A stretch of DNA of 64,000 nucleotides from Acidobacteriota bacterium (lineage in GTDB: Bacteria > Acidobacteriota > Aminicenantia > Aminicenantales > Saccharicenantaceae), in the NCBI GenBank assembly GCA_028749115.1, contig JAQURD010000010.1, positions 7,596-71,595 on the forward strand. The letters are read 5' to 3'. This document shows, piece by piece, positions 48,633 through 58,194 of the stretch. Position 1 is the first letter of the stretch, and every line of letters starts with the position of its first letter. The position numbers and the translations under genes were made by a program. A model generated the notes under the pieces. It saw nothing but the letters and a program-made list of their open reading frames with translations, ran no database searches and was not told the DNA's origin.

Positions 48633-48740
48633 CCCAGTTTTAAGGTGTATTTTTATCATTATACGGCTGCATATATAGACAAGTCGGTATACAGCAATCA
48701 GCTAATTGACAATCAGGAGGGTTCCTTTTATCTTAAAGGC

Positions 48741-50258
48741 ATGAAAATTATTCTGGCTGGATATAACTTTGATTCGGAAGTCATCGAGGAACTCAAGAAA
48801 AATTCACCGGAGAGGCAGGATATCACACCTGAAACCGTCTCGGCTGCCTATGCCCGCATTTCGCGCGACCCACGACCGGTTAATGAACTCAGAGCTGTAG
48901 CCAGAGCCGAGGTGGAGAGGGCCCGCCGCTCGAATCAAAATATCATCTTCAAAATGGGCCATCATTCGGTGGCCGAGCATGCTGTCTTCAATTTTGACCT
49001 CATTGGATTGAGCCGCCTGGCCATCGAGGAGGTCGAGCATTTCCGCCTCTGTTCCTACACCGAAAAATCCCAGCGCTACATCACCCTTGACGGCGATTAT
49101 GTTTTACCGGAGGAAATAAAACAGGCCGGGCCAGAATTGGAGGAACTTTTTGTCGAGACAATTGAAGCCCAGAATGAAGCCTATCGCTATTTTTATAGAC
49201 GGCTGCGGGAGCATTTTTTTAAAAAATACGAGAAGCAGGCTGCTAATCCTAAAAACGAGCCAATTCTTGATGGCTGGGCTAAAGAAGATGCCCGTTATGT
49301 GGTAGGTCTGGCGACCAAAGGGCAGCTGGGACTGACGGCCAATGCTCGCAATCTGGAACTGATCATCAGGCGTCTCGCTGCTAAGAAAAATGCCGAGCTG
49401 CAAGAGCTAAGACGCCAGCTCTATGAACTGGCCAAGAAAGTGGCGCCATCCATTATTCTTTTTACCGAGGCTTCACCTTATGAAGCCGAAATGATGGCCA
49501 GTGTTGGCCGGGAAGCTCAGTGTCTTCTGGCTAAAGAAAAAAGTGCTCGGAAACAGGCAGCTAGATCAGCCTTAAAAGAGATTGAACTGGCAGAATATTC
49601 TGAAAATGGCGATGAACTCATTCTGGCCGGATTGCTCTTTTCGACGGCTGGTTTGTCCTACAAAGAAGCTCTAAAGAAAGTTAGCCGCTTCAGCCAGCAG
49701 CAAAAGCTTGAGCTGGTGAAGCGCGTCTTTGAGAATATGGAATTTTATGATGTTCCCCCACGGGAATTCGAGCTGGCCGGGCTGACCTATGATCTGATCG
49801 TTTCCGCTTCCTGCTTTGCCCAGCTTAAACGTCATAGAATGATGACGCTGCTGGCTCAGCCTTATGACCCGGCTCTGAGTGTGACGGTTCCGCCTTCCAT
49901 CAAAGAAATAAAAGAACAGAAAAAATTTATGGAAATAATCAGAAAAACAGATAAAACCTGGCAGATTCTTAAGAAGGGAGTCGGACCGGCCGCTGATTAT
50001 ATTCTGACCAATGCTCATCGCCGGCGGGTAACCGTCAAAGCCTGCGTCAGAGAGCTTTATCATCTGTCGAGGCTGCGGGAAGATGCCACGGCTCAGTGGG
50101 AGATAAGGCAAGTCTCGGCCGGGATGTCAGCACTGGCAAAAAAAGTTTTCCCGGTGACGGCCAGGCTGCTGGGTGGCAAAGACAGTTATCCCCGGCTTTA
50201 CAAAAAGCTATTTGACCGACTGCCTAAAATGCAACCTCCGCCTTTATTCTTTGACTGA
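48741..50258 (+). CDS. tandem ThyX-like (flavin-dependent thymidylate synthase fold) protein with divergent active-site motifs; alternative start 48645
   Basis: First half carries ...HFRLCSYTEKSQRYI (ThyX RHR...SxRY region, but RHR reads HFR). Second half carries KRHRMMT without a following S..RY. About twice the normal ThyX length. Confidence 0.5.
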   Translation: MKIILAGYNFDSEVIEELKKNSPERQDITPETVSAAYARISRDPRPVNELRAVARAEVERARRSNQNIIFKMGHHSVAEHAVFNFDLIGLSRLAIEEVEHFRLCSYTEKSQRYITLDGDYVLPEEIKQAGPELEELFVETIEAQNEAYRYFYRRLREHFFKKYEKQAANPKNEPILDGWAKEDARYVVGLATKGQLGLTANARNLELIIRRLAAKKNAELQELRRQLYELAKKVAPSIILFTEASPYEAEMMASVGREAQCLLAKEKSARKQAARSALKEIELAEYSENGDELILAGLLFSTAGLSYKEALKKVSRFSQQQKLELVKRVFENMEFYDVPPREFELAGLTYDLIVSASCFAQLKRHRMMTLLAQPYDPALSVTVPPSIKEIKEQKKFMEIIRKTDKTWQILKKGVGPAADYILTNAHRRRVTVKACVRELYHLSRLREDATAQWEIRQVSAGMSALAKKVFPVTARLLGGKDSYPRLYKKLFDRLPKMQPPPLFFD

Positions 50259-50344
50259 ACCACTAATTTTAGTTGGGATTAGAATCCCGCCTTTTACTTT
50301 TGTCCTGCAGTCCTGGCCATTTGATTAAGGACTGACAGCCTCTT

Positions 50345-50989
50345 TTAAACTGAAGTCACTTTTCTCTTTCTGGTAAAGCCAATGATAGCCAGAATTACGG
50401 CAATGGCCAGCAGAATGGCCAGAATGGTTATAGTGCTGTTCTTGGAAGCCAGCCCCTCATTCATCCTGGTATTCAGTTCTTCTATTTCCTTATTCAGTGA
50501 GGCGATTTTAGATTTATTCTCCTCATCCGTCTTTTTAAGGGCTTCTTCGCTCTCCTTCAGGTTGTTGATTTCAGAGTTCTTAGCCTCAATTTCAGCTTCC
50601 TTCTCTTTTACTTCATTCCGTAGTCTGGCAATAGTGTTGTTAAGGGCCCTCACCCTTTTGGATGAATCAGCCTGGGATTTATCACTGGCGGTGATGAGAT
50701 CAGCTTTTTCTTTTTCCAGGTCATTTATCTTTGCCTTTAAAGAGTCCAGGCTGGCATTTAGTTTGGCATTCTCAGCTTTAGCCTCTTCCAGAGCCTTTTG
50801 AGCTTCGGCCAGAGATTGTTCCAGCTCAGCTTTCTGGGCTTCCAGTGTTGACAGGCGGGCGTTCGCTTCTCCTAGCTGTTCTTCTGTAGTTACCAGCTGT
50901 TTCTTAGATGTAGAAGCACAACCTGTCATCATTAGAATAACGGCCAGAAAAGCTGTCAGGACAAAAAATAATGAATATTTCCGCTTCAT
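50345..50989 (-). CDS. coiled-coil lipoprotein with C-terminal TM anchor
   Basis: True start ATG 50989 with SD AAGGAGGAGC. Lipobox LMMTGC; long heptad-like E/K/A/L-rich region; C-terminal ITILAILLAIAVILAIIGF. Confidence 0.6.
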   Translation of the reverse strand: MKRKYSLFFVLTAFLAVILMMTGCASTSKKQLVTTEEQLGEANARLSTLEAQKAELEQSLAEAQKALEEAKAENAKLNASLDSLKAKINDLEKEKADLITASDKSQADSSKRVRALNNTIARLRNEVKEKEAEIEAKNSEINNLKESEEALKKTDEENKSKIASLNKEIEELNTRMNEGLASKNSTITILAILLAIAVILAIIGFTRKRKVTSV

Positions 50990-51230
50990 TGCTCCTCCTT
51001 TAATTGTTTTTATTTTTGCTATCGGAACTGCCTTTATGGCAGCAACTTCGCAAACTCTGTCTATATTATTTCTTAAAAGGATAGCTTGAGTCAAAGGGAA
51101 AATAGACTTTTTTAGCAAAAAGAGGCAAATGATCAAAAAACGAACCGGCAAGTAGCCCTGAAGTCTTGAGCAGGCAAAAAAAACAGTTTGTTTTCTATGT
51201 CTGCTGTTTTTATAATATAGACAGTGAGTC

Positions 51231-51569
51231 ATGACTATTGACAGTTATTCATTTGGCCGGATGGTCATAGACGGCCGGGCTTATACCTCTGACCTTATTA
51301 TCGTCGGCGGCGAGGTTTTTCCCAACTGGTGGAGAAAAGAGGGGCATCATCTCCAGCCAGATGATTTAAAGACCGTCATCGACAAGAAGCCCGATGTCCT
51401 GGTCATTGGAACCGGTGCTTATGGCGTGATGACTGTACCGGCTGAGACTCTAAATTATTTAGAAGAGGCCGGCATCGAAGTCATTTCACAGCCGACAGGT
51501 GAGGCCGCGGAGACCTTCAATCAAATCACCGACAGAAAAAAGGCCGCCGCCTTCCATCTGACTTGCTGA
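51231..51569 (+). CDS. Mth938-like (DUF498) domain protein, copy 1
   Basis: IDSYSFGRMVIDGRAYTSDLIIVGGEVFPNWWRKEGHHL...AAFHLTC; matches the MTH938-family pattern (VIDG..Y..D.II...WWRKEGH.L..EDL...AAFHLTC). Confidence 0.6.
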   Translation: MTIDSYSFGRMVIDGRAYTSDLIIVGGEVFPNWWRKEGHHLQPDDLKTVIDKKPDVLVIGTGAYGVMTVPAETLNYLEEAGIEVISQPTGEAAETFNQITDRKKAAAFHLTC

Positions 51570-51599
51570 AGTCTGCTAATCATGAGCTTTGCCCAATGG

Positions 51600-51760
51600 A
51601 AAAGAGTTATTCTGGGATGCTCTTATAAAGTGCCAGAATCTCAGAAAAATGGCGGTCAATTACTGATGTTTGGTGCTGAGACTTGATCGGGAAAAGACTG
51701 CACCTTTTAAAAACATCTCCATCATCTGGTTGCCATTCAGATAATCGCTAGGAAAATCTT
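51600..51760 (+). pseudogene. frameshifted remnant of the 85-87-aa family seen at 54550 and 57668
   Basis: DNA nearly identical to 57830-57930 (aatctcagaaaaatggcggtcaattactg...), but with an indel that breaks the frame. Confidence 0.4.
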
Positions 51761-51809
51761 GCGAGTATATGCTATATGGCTTAACTGTCTTCCTATTAAA
51801 TATTCAGGC

Positions 51810-52940
51810 TTAGTTTTTCCCTTCGGGAATCTTAACATACCTGCATTTCTCAATTCGTATCCTGTCTCCATAGTCTACCACTATATATTTGGCGGCATGA
51901 ACCTCAGGTTTAATAACTTTGCCATTAATATTGATTTCTTTAGTTTGTTCAGGATTTATTCTAAATTTGACGGCATGATTATGGCCCCATCCCTTTTTCT
52001 GACCTGAAAGCCGGGGAAAACAAATAAGATTTTCAGGATCCTTGCCCAGCATCAGATCGCCATTACTAATGGAAATGCTCATGGAATTCAACAAAGCATA
52101 CCACTCATCCTGACGGCCGTTGACCTGGAAACCTCTTTTGTTAAACAAAATATTTCCACTTTTCCACTCGACGACAGCTACACCAGCCATAAACTTGTGT
52201 TCTTTAAAATCATCTAAACGATAGCCAACTGCTATATACTGGTCATCCTGATCGTCCAGGAAAAAACTTTTGTCAATGTTTCCGCCTATGTCTTGTATTT
52301 GCCAGTAAGTTTTATTGGGCTCAGAGTAGCTTTTCAGGCAAAGAGTAGCACCAATTCCGATGACATATAAACCACCTTCGCCCAATGGCAACAGCGTGCC
52401 AATCTTGACGCTTTTGTCTTTCATAGCTGGCAGGTCAATGATTGCTTTTTCCCGGCCGGTATGACTATCGATAATGGAGACGGGACCGATCTGTGAAGGA
52501 CCCGGGATCAAGGCAATATCTTTGCCATCCGGTGACGGGCAAGGCCATCTTCCCTCAGTATCCACTACATAAAGTTCCTTTCCCGAGATGTCCAGGGCTT
52601 TGAGGCGATAACAATCACCTCCATCTGAGTCGACAAGAATAACCTTATTATCTTTTGTCATATGGCCAAGGTAATAATTGTCTTCAAGGAAAAAGTCGGC
52701 TGTCAGGGTATTGTCAGAGCTAAAGAACTGGAATCTTCGGGGTAAGTGCTGGGTAAGCAGCACGAGATCTGGCACATCCTGTAAAAAGGAGAGAGCTTTA
52801 GCCTTCGATGACGAGATCGAAAAAGCTTTATATTTCCATCCCGGCGGTACCGGCTTTTCTAAAACGGTTTCAACCTGAGCCAGAGAATAGCTTAGCATGA
52901 TGCCCAAAAATAAAACTGCAAAAGGAATAATTTTTTTCAT
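51810..52940 (-). CDS. secreted beta-propeller-like protein (true start MKKIIP at 52940)
   Basis: SD GGAGG 6 nt upstream of ATG 52940; signal peptide MKKIIPFAVLFLGIMLSYSLAQ; repeated D/G-rich blade-like segments. Confidence 0.5.
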   Translation of the reverse strand: MKKIIPFAVLFLGIMLSYSLAQVETVLEKPVPPGWKYKAFSISSSKAKALSFLQDVPDLVLLTQHLPRRFQFFSSDNTLTADFFLEDNYYLGHMTKDNKVILVDSDGGDCYRLKALDISGKELYVVDTEGRWPCPSPDGKDIALIPGPSQIGPVSIIDSHTGREKAIIDLPAMKDKSVKIGTLLPLGEGGLYVIGIGATLCLKSYSEPNKTYWQIQDIGGNIDKSFFLDDQDDQYIAVGYRLDDFKEHKFMAGVAVVEWKSGNILFNKRGFQVNGRQDEWYALLNSMSISISNGDLMLGKDPENLICFPRLSGQKKGWGHNHAVKFRINPEQTKEININGKVIKPEVHAAKYIVVDYGDRIRIEKCRYVKIPEGKN

Positions 52941-52954
52941 CTGATTCCTCCAAA

Positions 52955-53737
52955 TTAACATTCATTTAGCTTGTTGGTAGGACATGTCTTTATACCATTG
53001 ACGCTATATTCTAGATGAAGATGAGCTCCGGTTGAGGTGCCAGAATTATCACATTTGCCGACTTCGGTCAGACCGCCAGTAACCTTAGTCCCTACAGTCA
53101 ATCCAACCCCTGAAGGATCATCGGCAGATCCTTTTAAGTGGGCATATACCCAGTAATTACCTTCAGGGTCTCTTATTTTGACGTAATAACCATATCCCGT
53201 TAATTTTCCTGTACTATCGACTTGACTCCCAACATAGACTACCTCTCCATCGCAAACCGAATACGCTTCTTTACCATCAATTCCTTCGATCCAGAGATCC
53301 AATGCATCATGGGTTCCGGTCTTACTGGAAGAACGGGGATCATTGCAGTCGGCAGTGATTGTCAGCCCTGATGTATGGAAGATAGACTGCTCATAGCAAT
53401 CGACAAATCCATCAGAATTGTTGTCGTAGGAATTATGGGGATTAACTGTTACATCGCTGCTGCCACCACCTCCTCCAGGTGGCCAATCAGCATCAGTTTC
53501 ACTGCCGCCATATCCATAATCTTCCCAGTAATAATAGGTTACATAGTAGCAATCGGTATAAGGAGTGTATGTGGTAACAGAATTTCCACCTACAGATGTA
53601 GTTATAACGGCTATAGTGGTGTAACAAACAAAATCAGTGTCAGCCCGCATGTTTGGCCATAACACATAAACTAACCCTATAAAAAAAGAGAGAAAAATGA
53701 AGAAGGCAAGCCAGCTTTTTTCTCTTATTTTGGACAA
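52955..53737 (-). CDS. M23 family (LytM-type) metallopeptidase, membrane anchored; TTG start
   Basis: HDALDL (HxxxD) and HLHLE (HxH) zinc ligands; N-terminal TM helix; Gly-rich linker. SD AAGGGAGG 7 nt upstream of TTG 53737. Confidence 0.75.
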   Translation of the reverse strand: MSKIREKSWLAFFIFLSFFIGLVYVLWPNMRADTDFVCYTTIAVITTSVGGNSVTTYTPYTDCYYVTYYYWEDYGYGGSETDADWPPGGGGGSSDVTVNPHNSYDNNSDGFVDCYEQSIFHTSGLTITADCNDPRSSSKTGTHDALDLWIEGIDGKEAYSVCDGEVVYVGSQVDSTGKLTGYGYYVKIRDPEGNYWVYAHLKGSADDPSGVGLTVGTKVTGGLTEVGKCDNSGTSTGAHLHLEYSVNGIKTCPTNKLNEC

Positions 53738-54001
53738 TATTACCTCCCTTCTGTCTTCCTATAAAAAAAATATATAGTACAAGGTAATTTTTTGTCAAGA
53801 TTTGAAGGGTCTTTTAGCCAAAACTGTCGGGCAAAAATAATGTGGCGAGAATTCCTTGAAAGATAACAATTTAGAAAGTGGATTTGGAATTTTCGACCAT
53901 TCTGTTTAAAATAAACTTGCCTTTAATTCAGGGCAGAGCGAAGTAAGAATCTTTCCTTTGAGGAGGGGTAGATAAAGATTGAAAGCTATTCATTTGGCCG
54001 G

Positions 54002-54310
54002 ATGGTTATTGACGGCCGGGCTTATACCTCTGACCTTATTATCGTCGGCGGCGAGGTTTTTCCCAACTGGTGGAGAAAAGAGGGACACCGCCTGCAGCCT
54101 GAGGACCTAAAGACTATCACCGAAAGGCAGCCTGAGGTTCTGGTGATAGGGACAGGCGCTCATGGCATTATGTCCGTGCCGGCCGAAACCCTAAAGTATT
54201 TAGAAGAGGCCGGCATCGAAGTCATTTCACAGCCGACAGGTGAGGCCGCGGAGACCTTCAATCAAATCACCGACAGAAAAAAGGCCGCCGCCTTCCACCT
54301 GACCTGCTGA
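54002..54310 (+). CDS. Mth938-like (DUF498) domain protein, copy 2 (canonical ATG of copy 1 mutated to ATA; ATG 54002 internal)
   Basis: Paralogue of 51231..51569; 5' ~90 nt and 3' ~110 nt are near-identical, the middle ~70% identical. Confidence 0.55.
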   Translation: MVIDGRAYTSDLIIVGGEVFPNWWRKEGHRLQPEDLKTITERQPEVLVIGTGAHGIMSVPAETLKYLEEAGIEVISQPTGEAAETFNQITDRKKAAAFHLTC

Positions 54311-54549
54311 GGTTGGTAAAAAAGGGGATAAAATAGGCAATATAATCTATATTTCCTATTTTTTGCATGAGGAGAAAAGGTCATTTTAAATTTTATAGGG
54401 GACGGGAAACTTCTTTAATTGTAAGCTTACTTACCGGCAGCAATTGTCTTGTCTCTCTAGGCAAACTGAGCTGAAGCGTCGGAGAACATTATAAATTTAG
54501 ATATACCATGACAAATTTGATTTATTTCCTAGACTCATGAGATCAGCGC

Positions 54550-54807
54550 TTGAGAAAGGAATCATTACCGGCCAGTTTTGAGGAAAAGCTCCCGTCCGAG
54601 ATCGAAATTGAAAGAGCCATAAACTTTGGCGGTTTTGATTATATTAAAGAAGTCCAGGGAAAATACGGAATGGAGAAGTTTATAGATGTTCTTATGACTC
54701 GGCAGAATCTCAGGAAAATGCCGGTCAATTACTGGTGTTTGGTGCTTGGTCTTGAGTGGAAAAAGCCGTCGCTTTCAAAAACATTTCTACTGTTTGATCA
54801 CCATTAA
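54550..54807 (+). CDS. small conserved hypothetical protein (85 aa), paralogue of 57668..57931
   Basis: Shared core EIEIERAINFGGFDYIKEVQ.KYG..KF..VLMTR.NLRKM.VNYWCLVLGL. Confidence 0.5.
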   Translation: MRKESLPASFEEKLPSEIEIERAINFGGFDYIKEVQGKYGMEKFIDVLMTRQNLRKMPVNYWCLVLGLEWKKPSLSKTFLLFDHH

Positions 54808-54997
54808 GATAGTCCCGGAAAAAGTCGGCTACCATGGTATTATCAGGGCTAAGGAACTGAAATATTCGGGGTAAAGGCTGGGTATGAAGCACAAGATCAC
54901 GTATTTCCTGTAAAAATGGGAAAACCTTAGTCTTCGATGGCGAGATTGAAAAATAAGAAATATAGATTATGCCCACTGTTTCTCCCTTGTTTCTCAT
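54725..54997 (-). pseudogene. truncated paralogue of the N-terminal region of the 51810..52940 beta-propeller gene
   Basis: FSISPSKTKVFPFLQEIRDLVLHTQPLPRIFQFLSPDNTMVADFF aligns to FSISSSKAKALSFLQDVPDLVLLTQHLPRRFQFFSSDNTLTADFF and then terminates. Confidence 0.4.
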
Positions 54998-55165
54998 AGG
55001 AAAGGCCTCAGTCCCGTTGACTTTCGTTTTGTGGCTAATTTATAATTTCTCACACAGGCAGGTATTGATGATAGTGTTGATGCTTTTATCGTCGTAAGAA
55101 GAGTTTTTTATGCCATTTGAGGTGTAGCCAAGAGGCCTGAATAAGTTTTAAGAAGGAGGAAAGAA

Positions 55166-57247
55166 ATGAAAAGAAGCTTTGTCCCAAAGGCCTGTTTGTG
55201 TTTATTTCTGGCTATAGTCATAGTCTTGCCATTAGCAGCTGAAAAAAAATATAAAGAAGGTCTTGATGCTTTAAATGCCGGTAAATACAATGAAGCCATT
55301 GCCTTTTTCCAGAAACAGGTTGAAAAGGAGAAAGATTCAGGCGAGTTAGCTTCCCATAGTTCGTTTTTACTTGGACTCTCATATTATAATAATCGACAAT
55401 ATCCGGAAGCTATTAAGTATTTGGACCGCGCCATAAAAATATATAGAGAGGGCATGCATGCTTACATCCTCGGTGATGCCTGGTATTTCTGGCTGGGTAA
55501 AGCTTACTATGACAATGGGCAATATAAAGAGGCCATCCCTTGTTTTAGGAAAGCCAGTGACGTAGCGTTCCTTATGCCTGCTAAAAAATACGATGACGCA
55601 CCAAATATCCCGGAAGTCCGGTTCGGGAAGGAATATTATATTCCTTTATCCCCTCCAAAGTATGCTTGCTATTTATGGCTCGGGAATGCTTTGTATTCCG
55701 ATGGTCAATATGAAGAAGCTATAGGCGCATTAAATAAAGCCATTGAATTAAATCCAAAAGGCTCAGGCTATTGCCGCACCATGGTGGCTGCTTCTTTTCG
55801 TGAATTAAAAAAATATGAAGAAGCTATTAAAACCGCTCAAGATGCGATCAACCTCCAACCTGATGACTTTACATATATGGTTCTGGCCTCAATTTATCGT
55901 GACCAGGGAGAAAATCAAGCTGCAATTTCTACTTATCAAAAGGCAATTGGGCTCAAGCCAGATAACGTTGATGCCTATGTCAACATAGCCAGTCTCTACA
56001 TGTCAGATGAGAAATACAGTGAGGCAGCAGATATTTTGAAGAAAGCTCCATCTTCTCCTAAGGTCGGTCTTAACCTGTGCTTAAGCCTGATGGGCGCTGG
56101 GAAATATGATGAAGCCATTTCAGCTTGCGGCGATGAAATCAAAAAATGGACGATGACAGGCGTCGGAATCGAGATAGCCCTGGTTGATAAATATCCAGTA
56201 GTGACAGCAGTCATGCCGTCCTTTGCTGCAGAGAGGGCGAAAATTCAAGCTGGAGATAAGATAGTTAGTATCAATGGGATATCCGCTCGTGGTCTGGAAG
56301 TAGAGAAAATTAAACAACTTTTGGGTCCTGAGGAAGGTACCCAGGTGACCTTAGTTATCGAAAGAAAAAGTGAGAAAACACCGCTAAATGTTATTCTGAC
56401 CAGTGAATTTAGGATTAACACTAATGCTGCCACCAGTTTCGGGATGAGGAGTATGCTCGAATTCATAACTGGCAGGGTGGAGGAAGCTGATAAGGATGCT
56501 AAAAACGCCTTTGGTCTTGATCCAAACAATCTTTGGACAAAAAGAGCGATAAGTCTTACTCAGATTGGCTGGAACAGCCAGAAAACTGGAGGCGAGAATC
56601 TGGCCGAAACAATAAAAATGCTGTCTGGAATGGCTGAAGATTTTGACCATTTATTGCTGGCCCTGGCTTATTGCCGAACAGGGAACTTTAGCCAGGCAGC
56701 CGAAACTTATGCTTCGGTTCCCGGAGAGTATATCGAGTCAATAAATGTCTTTCGCCATGAGTTTGTTGCTGCTGTTTTAGAAGCCTTAGAGCCATACACC
56801 GAGAAGGAAAAAGAATTGATTAAAACTCTTGAAGAAAAGGGTCGGTATAAAGAAGCTTTGAATGAATATGCGCAGTTAGTCAAGATTTCTTCAGATAAGG
56901 AGGCGAGCCAGATAAGAAAACATGTAGGCCAATTAATGAAAACCACACCCGATCTGGTCAGTCTGCCCGAGGAGGCCAGGAAACACATTTTACGGGCTGA
57001 GGTTCTAAATGGTGATAAGAATTTTACCCGGGCGGTAGCTGAGTATAATGAAGCTCTGAAAATTGCTCCATTCTATTCCGAAACTTATAGAGCAATAGCT
57101 CTTACCTATGAAGAGCTTAAGGCTTACAATCAGGCGATAAAAAGCTTGAACGCCTACCTAGAGCTATGTCCTGATGCCCCTGATGCCAGGGCCTTAATGG
57201 ATAAAATAATAAAGTGGGAATTTCTTCTGGAAGAGCAAAAGAAATAG
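55166..57247 (+). CDS. secreted TPR-repeat protein with internal PDZ domain
   Basis: Signal peptide; multiple TPR units (YNEAIxxxxKA patterns); PDZ segment IALVDKYPVVTAVMPSFAAERAKIQAGDKIVSINGISARGLEVEKIKQLL. Confidence 0.7.
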   Translation: MKRSFVPKACLCLFLAIVIVLPLAAEKKYKEGLDALNAGKYNEAIAFFQKQVEKEKDSGELASHSSFLLGLSYYNNRQYPEAIKYLDRAIKIYREGMHAYILGDAWYFWLGKAYYDNGQYKEAIPCFRKASDVAFLMPAKKYDDAPNIPEVRFGKEYYIPLSPPKYACYLWLGNALYSDGQYEEAIGALNKAIELNPKGSGYCRTMVAASFRELKKYEEAIKTAQDAINLQPDDFTYMVLASIYRDQGENQAAISTYQKAIGLKPDNVDAYVNIASLYMSDEKYSEAADILKKAPSSPKVGLNLCLSLMGAGKYDEAISACGDEIKKWTMTGVGIEIALVDKYPVVTAVMPSFAAERAKIQAGDKIVSINGISARGLEVEKIKQLLGPEEGTQVTLVIERKSEKTPLNVILTSEFRINTNAATSFGMRSMLEFITGRVEEADKDAKNAFGLDPNNLWTKRAISLTQIGWNSQKTGGENLAETIKMLSGMAEDFDHLLLALAYCRTGNFSQAAETYASVPGEYIESINVFRHEFVAAVLEALEPYTEKEKELIKTLEEKGRYKEALNEYAQLVKISSDKEASQIRKHVGQLMKTTPDLVSLPEEARKHILRAEVLNGDKNFTRAVAEYNEALKIAPFYSETYRAIALTYEELKAYNQAIKSLNAYLELCPDAPDARALMDKIIKWEFLLEEQKK

Positions 57248-57374
57248 CTAAAAATAGAGGACACAGGAAATAGAGAACACAAGTTAGTCTTCCCAATTTT
57301 ATTGTCGATTTCATGATACATGATATAGGGTATAAGACGTAGGAGAGAAATTTGAACACCTTGGTATCGAGCTT

Positions 57375-57671
57375 ATGGAAAAAGATACAATAACTCTTTT
57401 CCCTTCATCCGAAAAGCTGAAGTTTTCTCTCTTTTATTTCCCATATAAACTCTTGCTTCCAGCCTTTGGCGACTTATCGCGTCTGGTGCGGCTCAAGTTC
57501 GGGGTCGATGAAAAGTACGATTATAATTTAAAGATATCGATGGTTTACTTTGATGACGCAGAGCCAGAGCTTGAGTCGATTATTATGATTGATAAATCGG
57601 GAGAATTTCGACCGATTAAGGATAAAGAATGGCAAGACATCAAGGATTTTTTTATAGAGTTTAACCGGTGA
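57375..57671 (+). CDS. hypothetical protein, translationally coupled (ATGA overlap) to the 57668 gene
   Basis: 98-aa ORF ending 4 nt into the start of the next gene. Confidence 0.4.
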   Translation: MEKDTITLFPSSEKLKFSLFYFPYKLLLPAFGDLSRLVRLKFGVDEKYDYNLKISMVYFDDAEPELESIIMIDKSGEFRPIKDKEWQDIKDFFIEFNR

Positions 57672-57931
57672 GAAAAGAGTTATTCTGGGACAGATTTGAA
57701 GAAAAAATCACGCTGGAGATTGAGATTGAAAGGGCTATAAACTTTGGTGGCTTTGATTATATTAAAGAAGTTCAAGAAAAATACGGACTGCAGAAATTTG
57801 TAGCTGTTCTAATGACTCGGCGAAATCTCAGAAAAATGGCGGTCAATTACTGGTGTTTAGTGCTTGGACTTGACCGGGCCGAAACCGCCGCCTTTAAAAA
57901 CCCTCCCATCATTTGGTCGCCGTACAGATAA
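57668..57931 (+). CDS. small conserved hypothetical protein (87 aa), paralogue of 54550..54807
   Basis: See 54550; about 65% aa identity over the core. Confidence 0.5.
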   Translation: MRKELFWDRFEEKITLEIEIERAINFGGFDYIKEVQEKYGLQKFVAVLMTRRNLRKMAVNYWCLVLGLDRAETAAFKNPPIIWSPYR

Positions 57932-58194
57932 TTCATAGCGATCAGAACTGAAAAAAAGAAAATATAGAATGTGTCTACTGTTTTTCTTTTTTAGGGCTGA
58001 AGCACGAAGCTGCATTTAAAGCTGCCATAAATTGCAATAGATTATTTGCTTTGACTAATTTCCTGGCTGAGTTTTATAATGGAGGGGCCAGGCAGAAGGC
58101 GGAGTTGATATCCTAACAGAAAGCCTGTAAAGACTTAGACTTTAGAATCTGAGAACCAGCGGGGCTTTTTAAAATCTCAAGGCAAGAGGTTGTG

